From assembly GCF_001194135.2 (NCBI RefSeq), contig NC_068990.1, positions 9,804,140 to 9,866,844 of the forward strand: DNA of 62,705 nucleotides, in the 5' to 3' direction. The position numbers and the translations under genes were made by a program. The notes beneath the pieces are model-generated. The model ran no database searches. It had not been told where the DNA came from and was given only the letters and a program-made list of their open reading frames with translations. Source of the DNA: Octopus bimaculoides (lineage: Eukaryota). Shown here in pieces: positions 26,897 through 39,409 of this stretch (position 1 is the stretch's first letter; the number at the start of each line of letters is the position of its first letter).

Positions 26897-28297
26897 CATA
26901 CATNNNNNNNNNNNNNNNNNNNNNNNNNNNNNNNNNNNNNNNNNNNNNNNNNNNNNNNNNNNNNNNNNNNNNNNNNNNNNNNNNNNNNNNNNNNNNNNNN
27001 NNNNNNNNNNNNNNNNNNNNNNNNNNNNNNNNNNNNNNNNNNNNNNNNNNNNNNNNNNNNNNNNNNNNNNNNNNNNNNNNNNNNNNNNNNNNNNNNNNNN
27101 NNNNNNNNNNNNNNNNNNNNNNNNNNNNNNNNNNNNNNNNNNNNNNNNNNNNNNNNNNNNNNNNNNNNNNNNNNNNNNNNNNNNNNNNNNNNNNNNNNNN
27201 NNNNNNNNNNNNNNNNNNNNNNNNNNNNNNNNNNNNNNNNNNNNNNNNNNNNNNNNNNNNNNNNNNNNNNNNNNNNNNNNNNNNNNNNNNNNNNNNNNNN
27301 NNNNNNNNNNNNNNNNNNNNNNNNNNNNNNNNNNNNNNNNNNNNNNNNNNNNNNNNNNNNNNNNNNNNNNNNNNNNNNNNNNNNNNNNNNNNNNNNNNNN
27401 NNNNNNNNNNNNNNNNNNNNNNNNNNNNNNNNNNNNNNNNNNNNNNNNNNNNNNNNNNNNNNNNNNNNNNNNNNNNNNNNNNNNNNNNNNNNNNNNNNNN
27501 NNNNNNNNNNNNNNNNNNNNNNNNNNNNNNNNNNNNNNNNNNNNNNNNNNNNNNNNNNNNNNNNNNNNNNNNNNNNNNNNNNNNNNNNNNNNNNNNNNNN
27601 NNNNNNNNNNNNNNNNNNNNNNNNNNATATATATATATATATACATATTATACCATTAATCCCGACAAATTTATTCGCTCTCTGTACTTTTTTCTCTCTC
27701 TATAATTTTGAAATGGCAAAAGTATTTCTAGTCTTGCCCAGCGTCAAACTAGTGCACCTGCTTGTTGCCTCATCTGTCTTTTGTTTTCTGGACATTTGAA
27801 CCATATACATATATATATATATATACGTACGTACTTATATATATGTAAATACATAAATACATATACGTGCGTATATATTATTCTACAAATTATGCAGACT
27901 GATAGGGTTATAATCCTACACGTGTCTTTACGAAGCAAATCTACATATTCTAGTACACAAAAATTATACGCAGCTGTTATAATTGAGTAAGGTACGAAAC
28001 ATGAGTTGCAAAATACAGGAAAAAAGTATTAACCGACTAATTACGTATAAAACCAGAATATAGGAGGGGTGGTATAATTTATTCACCATCACGTGTTTCG
28101 CTTGCTACTAGGATTTACTAAATTGTACACGTAGGAAATTAATCAAAACATCTCCTATTAGAAATACTTCGGTCTGAGAATCAAATAAAATAATGCACCA
28201 ATGCACCAATACACCAAACTTCATCTATGCGTGTGCATGTAGTATGCATATTACAGATGCATAAATGTATACACACATGCATACATACATATTTATA

Positions 28298-28337
<40 letters not shown>

Positions 28338-28675
28338 TCTATCCATCCATACATATATACAAGCATCATGGAATGGTGCTAGTGTATACCTGCATCTTCT
28401 TAAGCACTTACGTGCAGTCACATTCTTGGGAAATTGCGTTGCAGAGAATTTAATCACGAACAGAAAAAAATTGCTATACGGTTAAGCTCACTTTGATGAT
28501 ATCCACAACGTAAAAGTAGTTAATTTCCTTTGTAGCATTACTTTGTGTAGGAACGAAAATGAATGCGATTGGCATTTAACACGTTATTAAAACGTTTTAA
28601 CATTGTGCTAGATATTTGGAGAGCGTTCTACCGTAGAAACACCATATTATCATGGAAACATTATATATATATATA

Positions 28676-29999
28676 TATATAGATATGCAGGGCTGGGAAT
28701 CATCAATTAGTAATAAAATTAATAATTAACAATTCTGCCGGGTAGCTCAGTATGAAAAAAACCTTCTTCGGTAAAAAATTTATAATCATAAATATATAGG
28801 GATTGACAGTAACCTGCTTCTCCAACATACTGAGAATTCAGAAATAGCAGTCAAAGAACTACTGATTTCAAAACTACAAATTATTACTCTAGATTGATAG
28901 CGATATTTTTGATACACACAGAACAAAAAACAATAGAGAAGAGTAAAAAACACTTGCCTTTAGTTAATTTAGTACAATTGTTTCACAGTTAAGAGTACAT
29001 AATACTCTATTCTGATCTTCAGCTAAATATTCTAATAAATTTGTTAATGTCTAAATAACTCACGTTAATTTTGACCATGTGAACATCAATACCACGTGAA
29101 GAAGACGTTAAGAAATTTATCGGCCAGTAAGTTCAATATCTCTTGCCCTAATGAATTTCAATTCAGTGTGTATCAGAAATAGTCCCGTTTAGGAAAGAGA
29201 CTCGTACGAATTCCTGCGGTATAACCTNNNNNNNNNNNNNNNNNNNNNNNNNNNNNNNNNNNNNNNNNNNNNNNNNNNNNNNNNNNNNNNNNNNNNNNNN
29301 NNNNNNNNNNNNNNNNNNNNNNNNNNNNNNNNNNNNNNNNNNNNNNNNNNNNNNNNNNNNNNNNNNNNNNNNNNNNNNNNNNNNNNNNNNNNNNNNNNNN
29401 NNNNNNNNNNNNNNNNNNNNNNNNNNNNNNNNNNNNNNNNNNNNNNNTATATAGATATGCAGGGCTGGGAATCATCAATTAGTAATAAAATTAATAATTA
29501 ACAATTCTGCCGGGTAGCTCAGTATGAAAAAAACCTTCTTCGGTAAAAAATTTATAATCATAAATATATAGGGATTGACAGTAACCTGCTTCTCCAACAT
29601 ACTGAGAATTCAGAAATAGCAGTCAAAGAACTACTGATTTCAAAACTACAAATTATTACTCTAGATTGATAGCGATATTTTTGATACACACAGAACAAAA
29701 AACAATAGAGAAGAGTAAAAAACACTTGCCTTTAGTTAATTTAGTACAATTGTTTCACAGTTAAGAGTACATAATACTCTATTCTGATCTTCAGCTAAAT
29801 ATTCTAATAAATTTGTTAATGTCTAAATAACTCACGTTAATTTTGACCATGTGAACATCAATACCACGTGAAGAAGACGTTAAGAAATTTATCGGCCAGT
29901 AAGTTCAATATCTCTTGCCCTAATGAATTTCAATTCAGTGTGTATCAGAAATAGTCCCGTTTAGGAAAGAGACTCGTACGAATTCCTGCGGTATAACCT
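28676..29999. other. 552 bp direct duplication (28676-29227 and 29448-29999) separated only by a 220-N gap; probable assembly artefact
   Basis: Both copies read identically by eye at a constant 772 bp offset, and each abuts the gap. Confidence 0.85.
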
Positions 30000-30000
30000 A

Positions 30001-30039
30001 TGACCACGAGTCCGCTGCCCTAACCACTGGGCCATTGTG
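30001..30039 (-). mobile_element. tRNA-like head remnant of another SINE family
   Basis: The reverse complement CACAATGGCCCAGTGGTTAGGGCAGCGGACTCGTGGTCA has an A-box-like TGGCCCAGTGG and D-arm, but no T-arm/B-box or acceptor stem follows. Confidence 0.6.
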
Positions 30040-33000
30040 ATGGTCATTTTTTCCGATTTCATACGTATTTATTTGTATTATTGTTTCATGAATGGATTTG
30101 CGAACGGCTTCTATTTTATGTCGTATGTGTTGATTTCATTTTTCGTCTGAGAGAAATTAGGCATTGTAATGGGTACTGGCAATATCCCCGCTCCCGGGTA
30201 TTACCGGGTACCTCAGCTACTATGAAGTAAGAAAAAATAAGTAAGTAATACAATTTATTCTCATATTCTGTGCGTTGTTAACAACATTTTTGATATTTTC
30301 TCTTAAAGCCTCGTATCTACCTAATTGTCTTCAATGGAGTTTAAGGGATCAAGTTTCAAAAATTATATTGAATTCAAGAGCAGAATTCTTTCCACAATAT
30401 GGTCAGCTGTGTGTCATGCTTGCAACTCTAATTATATTGTTTAAGACAAAGGACTTCTATCGGGCAAACATAGAAAATAACTTCAAAATTGATCAAATAA
30501 CATATACCTTTTCAAGCAGAGTTTTGATGTATTAATTCAAAATTCATTGCAAAGTGTTTGGTTATTATAACCTCTACGCCTAACGAAATAATGTACATTG
30601 TTATTCACTGCCAAATTCTCACGTCTCAGTAAATGCCGTGCTATTCAATGGAAGAGCTTTATATCCATTTATATTAGACACTCAAAACAATTTGATCGAA
30701 ATGAAGGGATTGTGTTTCGCATCTTAATAATATCACAAAGAATACATACATAATTTGCAGCAGTTCTTTGAATCAGCTCGTTTGTTCAAACTGATATTTT
30801 TCGTGTTCCCTCTATTCAAATATTTATACATTTATTTCTTGCGAACGATTCTGTTTAACGCAGAATTTATTCACATACATATGAGCTTCTCGCGACTTCC
30901 TCTCTTTAGAAACGCTTTACAAATATAAAATCTTGAATTCAATTTATGATATCATATGTTATAAATCACATTAAGTTAAAATTATTTGTAATGTATATGC
31001 TCACAGCCACCGATTGACTTGGTTGTTTCCGGTTATAAAGAAATTCTTCAAGAATTTTCATTACGAAATCTGCATTTAACCGTATTATAATGAAGTGGGG
31101 TTTTGTCTCTGAAGGGCATTAATACATTTTGCACATGCATATTCTAGTGTAGATAGTACTAAATTTTCTCCCAAATTCTTGGCCATCTATACTGACTATA
31201 GGTTTATCTGGCTTCAAATGTTATCCATTTTATAGGTTTATCCGGCTTCAGGAGCATGATTGTATTGGATGGATTGTACATTTCAGACTTTTGTTTTATG
31301 TTTCAGAAGAAAATCCATTAGATTATATGGGTACTGAGAATACTTATCCAAATATTATGCTCATGTCATTTCATTTTCGTTGTGTTTCTAAATCACTGTT
31401 GCAAATAATAGAAAATAGTAAATTTTTATCGCTGATTTACAGATCTATATATTCGCGAACTGTTTCTTTTTTTAATATTGAAATTCCTTACATCATTCAG
31501 TTATTTGTAACTGACATTTTTGTGTGTCATGGCGTAAACATTGGCTACATTGATGGTATTTATATTTAGCAATGTGAATCGATATTAAAATGAAATGGCT
31601 TAAATAAATCATGAAAAAAAAACCAACAACAAAACTAAATCCAACAAATTAATTAGCAAAAACACCAATTTGATAATGGTAATAATAAGCATATTAATAA
31701 CATATCGACAAGGATATTATTTGAAGGAAGTCGAATGAAACATACTTTCATTTTTAAATGTGCACTTACAAGCAATAGACAATTCATGAACAAGTTCTTC
31801 CTTCACTCACTGAGTTCATGTATACAATAACCAGTTTCTTGTCCTTACTACAGTATGAACATTGAACCCGCTTAAAGAATACGACATGTATGCATAATCC
31901 TAATAGCTGCAGCGCTTTTGTGTGCACAACCTCGTTCGGCGTGACTAAGGAATAAAATACATTTAAGTGTAAATAAGTGGTTGTTATATCTTTAGAAGAC
32001 GTAATTTCCCTCGGAATGGTTACTTAGACGTAGTCCATCCACTGGAACATGCTGACAGGGTATTTGTACAAAACCCCAGCAAGACGTAATGCACAGGAGC
32101 AGAAAGATGCATACAAACCCACACAGATACACACATACTAATGCATGAATGATTAGTAACTGTGCCCATGTAATATACACACATATGTATTTATATGCGT
32201 GTATGTATGAATATTTATATAAGTGTATATAAGTATACTCTTACATTTATATATGTATACACACACATACTTATCTACATATACATACACACATACATAT
32301 ATACACACATGCATATATATGTATGTATGTATATATATATGTATGTGTGTGTATGTATATGTGTGTGTATATGTGTGTGTACATACAATGCGTTGTGTAT
32401 AATTAACGTCCTTGTTCTCAGAAGAATTCTGCCAATCGATTATCGTTTAATACCCGTTATGATACGTATTATGGTCAATAAAAATAAACTAAATATATAA
32501 TTGATAGAATTCATAAAATTTATCGAACATCAAAGTACATACGTCGATGCTTCATTGCGTTGTCGATCCTTATATGAATTTGTTATTTGAGTTAATATGA
32601 ATGATTGACCAGTTTAATTATCATTAATATTTCTTATTCAACCACGAGTATTTAACGATCTTGCATTCATTTTGTTAATAGTGTAAACCATATTTTATAA
32701 TTAAAAAAAGAACAGTAAACTGATAGTGGGTAGAATATTGTGCAAGTTTCTGGACGTAGCAAAAATAAAATGCATCATCTATGCATTGTAGAATTTTCTG
32801 GCTCATTCGAAAAATACCATGACAGAAAACAAGCATTTGTACATTACAATTGTAAACTAATTCCTTCTGCAGTGTTTTATGTACGCAAATAGTTTCTCAT
32901 GAATAATAATGAGATTGATCATTTCTATGTTAGCCATATATATAACGAGAATTTTCATGCAAATATTCATTTCGACATTTCTGGTACATAATGAATTATC

Positions 33001-33505
33001 TTATCTTCAAGTCTGTTCATACTCACCATAAAATGCTTGGTTGAAGCTTAAGAATAACGGATATTATCTGCTACGGGATGGGATAAAAGTTTGGTTGGAG
33101 TATAAATATGGAGCCATAGAATCAATTGTTTCGAATTCATAGGAGTAAAATGAACACATTAGCCATTCAGATACCAATAACTACTCGTGATTTGATATGC
33201 ATGCTTCTGCTTTTCAAAATATGCCAAATTTTCTATAATGTGAAGTAGCATCCTTACTGTTAATATTCTTTAGAAATACTTATAAGTGTCATCCATAATT
33301 ACGGAATTTCATTTTCCATGAATTTGCAATTATATCATTGAGTAAATAAAGATATCTGGAAGAATCATTAAAATATCTTTCAAGTGATATACTGATAGTG
33401 TATCACATGTAGATGTCAAATCAAATCTTATTTTAGAATTACGGCGAGGGAGAATATTAATTTATTACATGAAATCCATAATTTAGAGATGATGATATAC
33501 AATTG

Positions 33506-33576
<71 letters not shown>

Positions 33577-33587
33577 CATCTATCTAC
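33506..33587. repeat. (TATC)n microsatellite
   Basis: Direct reading. Confidence 0.95.
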
Positions 33588-33808
33588 AAGGTCAGTGAAA
33601 TTAATAAAAATGAAGATATAAAATTTAATCTTTGAAATGTTAAAACTATACGAGACCAGTTATTGCAAAGCGAGTGAAATAATCAATATAACTGTATATC
33701 ATATACAGTGTTTCTTTCATAATGCCGCCTGTTTGACGAGGAAAACTCACTGGTGGGCATTGAGAAAAAGGAACATTTTTCTAAGAATAATATATCGAGA
33801 TAGACATA

Positions 33809-33926
33809 TTTTATTCTTTAATTCGTTTACTTGTTTCAGTCGTTTGACTGCGGGTATGCTGGAGCACAGCCTTCAGTAAAAGAAATCGACCCCAGGACTT
33901 ATTACTTGCAAGCCTAATACTTATTC
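33809..33926 (+). mobile_element. SINE-like repeat family 2, truncated
   Basis: TTTACTTGTTTCAGTCGTTTGACTGCGGGTATGCTGGAGCACAGCCTT...AAATCGACCCCAGGACTTATT is related to 4871-5054. Confidence 0.65.
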
Positions 33927-33940
33927 TCACTATCGTACTT

Positions 33941-33980
<40 letters not shown>

Positions 33981-34539
33981 NNNNNNNNNNNNNNNNNNNN
34001 NNNNNNNNNNNNNNNNNNNNNNNNNNNNNNNNNNNNNNNNNNNNNNNNNNNNNNNNNNNNNNNNNNNNNNNNNNNNNNNNNNNNNNNNNNNNNNNNNNNN
34101 NNNNNNNNNNNNNNNNNNNNNNNNNNNNNNNNNNNNNNNNNNNNNNNNNNNNNNNNNNNNNNNNNNNNNNNNNNNNNNNNNNNNNNNNNNNNNNNNNNNN
34201 NNNNNNNNNNNNNNNNNATATATACACGTACATATGAGTTAGAGGTTATGAAACAGCCTAAGGGATAAATGTATCCGTAGGGACTACGGGTGCATTACTT
34301 AACTATGTATAGGCCTTGCTGTAAGGTTAACAGCAGTTGGTAATTTAAAGGGTAAGCCGTAGTTTAATATATTCAGATAAGACAAAAGAAAGAATGGAGC
34401 AGCATGTAACATTTATTAGCTGGTCATAATCATGTGTTTATCTCGTTCTATGTGAGAAACGCAATCAGAATGATTTGAATTTTAGCAGAAGAATATTAAC
34501 AGAAGATCGAAGGTTGTCACGAGAAAAAAGACAAAAACA

Positions 34540-34600
34540 AAAAGGAAACGAAAAGGAAACGAAAAGGAAACGAAAAAGGGAAACAGGAAAAAGGAAAAGA
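34540..34600. repeat. Short tandem repeat (AAAAGGAAACG)x3 plus degenerate copies
   Basis: Direct reading. Confidence 0.85.
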
Positions 34601-37383
34601 TTCCTTAGGTTTTTAGGCTTACATTTTTGCGTACTTAAAGGATGGCACATGTGTTTACTGCTGCTTCAAGTAGACGAATGGAGTAGTGAGTGGGGGGGAA
34701 ATGACCAGTTGAACTGTGGTGTTAGCCGAAAGTGGTATACTGGGTGTAAAGTCCAGTTTCATTAATCGTAAGAAATAACGCTCTTTGAGTCCGCTAGATA
34801 TGTCCCTATGATTAGAAATAATGCCCAAGTTAAAAATCAAGGACGCTCTTAAAACTTTAAATACGATATACGTTATATAGAAATTGATTCTCCGAATGAT
34901 TTTTATTTATATATATTCATACGGAAATGAAAAGTATTCCTTAAATTATGTATGATGAAATGTTGATATAATTGTAATTTGCATTATTTAAAGATCTTTC
35001 ACAATTGGATTTCAAAATATGATTATTATTTTTAGTAGTTGTAGTATGAAAATGTATATCTCTAGGTTGACACGTTCGATTTTCTATGAGCACTTTGTAT
35101 GAAACAATACGAGGAATGCTACGATCCACGTACTGATGCTTAATATGTGACCGAATTATATTTGAGAGATTTATCCATATGTGTATGCTGAAACCAAGAC
35201 AAATGTTATAAATTTATGATGTGGGGGAATGCATATCAAGAATTTAATGTTGTAACTCCACAATAGAAATGGAGTTACAACCTGAAGATCATAAACCACC
35301 AGCCGTTTATCTCTTATTTAGGGCACTCATCATCGTTTCCTTATTCGTATATAATTTGAAACCTCTTTATTCTTGTAGGATTCTATCTATTAAACATAGT
35401 ATTGATCTTTTTCACAGATATTTTTAAAGGTAAAATTTACTATATGGAGAATATTACTTCTTGTGTTATGACCAGCACAATTATTTTGCCATTTAACGTT
35501 GAATTAAAACCATTTGATGGTGCTATGTATATTTAATCAGAAATAAATACTATCTTGGCGCATTCGATTCACTCCTATGTTTATAAAATGCATATATGAT
35601 AATAAAGCTATAATGATATCATTTATTATATGCCTACCATTAGTTAAGTGTTATTTATTAGGCTTTACAGAAAATCATTCATAGTGTGACTGAATTAAAA
35701 CCAACGTTTCATATTAGAAGCAAACTATAGCTTGATACTGTTTATAATGAAGAGAAATTATCCATTTGTTAAATCGGAATAGGAACCAAATATTACATAT
35801 CTACTATGCCTATTTATTATTATCAAGGATGATTTATGAATTAAGTTATTATACATTACTAACTGCATTATATTTAAGTTTGTTTCCAAATAGTAAGTTT
35901 AACTTGTATATGTAATAAGGATGATAACTTACAAGGGTAGTCAATTAATGATATATAAGAAAGTGATAAATGAAATATAGTGAAACAAATAAGAATTATC
36001 ATCAAACGCCAGAATACAATAGCATGGTAATAAGAATATTTTGATTGCTAGCTAAGTAGCTGAATGTCAGAAGTATCAATGGAAATTTAATACTTGAAGA
36101 AAGATGTCGAAAAGAATTTCACTTTAAAATATCACGAAGAAATGAGTTAAAGTGGTAGAACTTGAGAAAAACGATCAGATGTTATTAATATATAACCGGA
36201 TACTAAGAAATAGCCATGCGGGTAGTATATATTAACTTGTTCTTACAGCGACAAATAAGTAATCGAAGAACCAGAAGCATACATATAGTAATGCATGTTA
36301 TTTTTATCAACGGTAAATCTGTCTTTCTGAAATTAAAATGGGATTTGAGGATTTATTTATATCATATGATAACAGGTATATATATATATCGATTTTTATG
36401 TCAAATATTTGGTGGTTAAAAAAGATTAATATTATTGAAATAATGCTTCAAGTACATATTTGAAAATGACATGTGGAACTAGAGGTAAGCACAAAGAATT
36501 AAAACAACATACTGCATTGTTTGTGACAGAAACGTCAGTAGAACATATTAGCAGAAACATATTCTGAGTGTGCTATTTAATGCTCAAGGTGGAAAACGTT
36601 AACATCTTATTCATTTACTTGTAAATGAAAATTCCTATGGAATCATTATTTTTCCATCAGTTTATCAGTAGGTTTCCTTCTGATCATCTTATAATAAATG
36701 CATTTTGATTGCTATTTAGGAATTTAAATGTCATTATTTGAAAAATAAAAGGAACGCAATTCATATTGGTTTAGTTAATGCGCAATTAATACAGCGATCA
36801 TTACTAGTGTTAGGTAATGCTAAATATCACATACCGTTCTTAAATAACTGAAAGCGTTGTAACATACTTCTATTGTATTGTTTACGGACGTGTAAATATC
36901 TCAACTATTAGCTACTAATTTTAGCACGTTTTTATCTCATTGACAGCGACTATTGACGAAACAAATATAAAGAACAATCCTAGTCAATGGTTACCTTGAA
37001 TTCTCCGCAGCAATAAACATTTTTATGGTTAATAGTTATCAATTACATACTGCTTGATTAAAACCTGTTTATTGGTGCATTGCACTGATAATAAAAATAC
37101 ACCTAGCTCATTATCTGGAACGTACAAATAATCATAATTTTATCATTGGAAACATATACGTGATCAATAACCAAGTTCTTGTTTATTGAATTAATTTATA
37201 TTGAAGTGAATGAAATATGAGAATTTCGAGTGAAAGTTTAATTTCATATTTCTTTTCAAATGGGAGTAAGGTTAAACTAAACGGAATCCTTTAAAATTTG
37301 ATCGCAGAGCATATAGGAAAACTAGAAACTTCAGGAAAAATTATATTACATTGAAAGACTTATATTGCCTACGAAAATATTGG

Positions 37384-37564
37384 TTTCTAAATGTGACCAG
37401 CGGTTTCGGGGAAGGGGCTATGGCAATTATATCAATTCCAGTGCTCAACTGTTGCATTGCATATTTCATAAACCATGGTGGAGTTTCAACTCAGAACGTG
37501 CAGACGAACGAAATGACGCTAAGCATTGTGCCCGTATGCTAACGATTCTGCTAGTTCATCGCTT
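37384..37564 (-). mobile_element. Family 1 SINE, heavily decayed
   Basis: GGAGTTTCAACTCAGAACGTGCAGACGAACGAAATGACGCTAAGCATTGTGCCCG-TATGCTAACGATTCTGCTAGTTCATCGCTT. Confidence 0.75.
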
Positions 37565-37941
37565 TATTGCATACGAGAATATTAGGAGCTAAAACAGTAT
37601 AAGGTGTAAGAGGAAAGTAGCGCATGGAAAAATATAATACATCATCGTACATTTGTGTAATATAATCATTGCTGGAGGCATACGAAATACATGTAGAATA
37701 ATAGACATTTTGATATGCATTATTATGCTTACATATGTTTTGGTGAATCACCATATTCTGAAAATAGAGGCTTAGTCAGTATAACTGCATGAAAATTATT
37801 GAAGGGAACTGTGATTGCATCATGTGTCAGTTTCTAAAAAAAATTGTAATTGACCACAGAGAACTATAACTAGGAAAGTGTTGTGGTTTAACTCTACATT
37901 TAATATTGCCGTAAAATTCAACAGGGAATTCTTAAAATTAG

Positions 37942-38116
37942 TTTCTAAACATTTTCAGTTTAGCCCAAAGGAGCTGGTCGATTACATCGACCCTTGTGCT
38001 CATTTGGTACCTAATTTATCGTCCCTGAGAGAATTTGTACTCAGTACGTAAAGAAGGACGAAATGCTGTTGAGCATTTTGCCCGATGTGCTAACGATTCT
38101 GTCAGCTCGTCGTCTT
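37942..38116 (-). mobile_element. Family 1 SINE, internally deleted
   Basis: GGTCGATTACATCGACCC...GAATTTGTACTCAGTACGTAAAG...GTGCTAACGATTCTGTCAGCTCGTCGTCTT. Confidence 0.8.
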
Positions 38117-39181
38117 CGAAAACAATTTTTTCCCTATAATATTACTGCTAATTTTCTGTCTGTCACATGGAATTATTATTTGGCAAAACCTGAAGGGTAT
38201 TTTACTATAGAGAACCAGATAATTTTCCACAAATTGACACTGAAAATGTAAATGTTTTAATCGCAAACTTTGGTGGCTACCTTTGCACATAATATTCCTG
38301 ATTATTTTGGAATAACATTCCATTAAACAAATTTAAATTCAAATTAATTAATTATATATCTTAAAAATTTAATTATACAAACAGTGACGTTTATTCCTAA
38401 TGAAGCAGCTACTGAACGTAATTAAATTATAATATATCTGTGAAATTTATGCATTTCTTAATTTTATTGGACTCACAGAAATACACGTAGAAGCAAGCAC
38501 AAACACACACACATTTCTATTATTTTCTATCTGAGAGTCATTATTTAATAGTCAAATACATTTCTGTGTTTTTACGTGATGGATTTAAACTGAAACAGGT
38601 TTGCGAGTTGTTTCTAACAAGTAGTGAAAAACAGGTGCTGCTTTTTTATGGGTTCGATTTTTAATGATAGCGTCAGTATTGCTTATAATTGAAGAATTGA
38701 TTATAATAATAATGATGTCAATGATTGCATTAATCGAAGCAATAACAGAAGCACTATGAAGATGATGCGTATTTTCATATTGGTAGAAAGCATAATGGAG
38801 TTTATGATGTATGTCTGCTTAGAAAGAGAACATATACTCTCCTTTTATATGCATTTTATTCATTTCTCCGGTTCCCTGGTGGCGTTTATCTCTTTTGTTT
38901 ATTCATTTTCATTTTTTTTAGCTATTTTCTAACAACACAATCGTCAGTGAACAATTTAGGGGATTTTATTCAAATAACATTATATAACTTTTTCTTTCAC
39001 TGCATACTCTTTGTGTTCTATTCATCACTACTTCCAAACCTTCAGTAATGAGGAGCATCCATAACTGCCTTACCTGTCATATATCATTTTAAAACTTTTA
39101 ACAATGATTCACTTATGACTTGCTTCTCCTTCGTGCGCCTGTGTTTGTGTGGCTGTGACTATGCACACAACACACACACAA

Positions 39182-39224
<43 letters not shown>

Positions 39225-39409
39225 CATACATACACACACACGCACACACACACAGAGACACACACGCACAGACACACACACACGCACATATGTCTATATA
39301 CACCAGAGTAACAACCTAAATGTGAAACAAGGTGGTAAAAATATTCATCGAATACCAGTAATATGCTTTATTAAGAAGCATCACAAATATCACAAGAACT
39401 GTTACTCAG

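Noticed and set aside
30001-30039. Possible tRNA gene on the minus strand
   Set aside because: Only the 5' half is present; there is no TpsiC arm or closing acceptor stem, so it is better explained as a SINE head.
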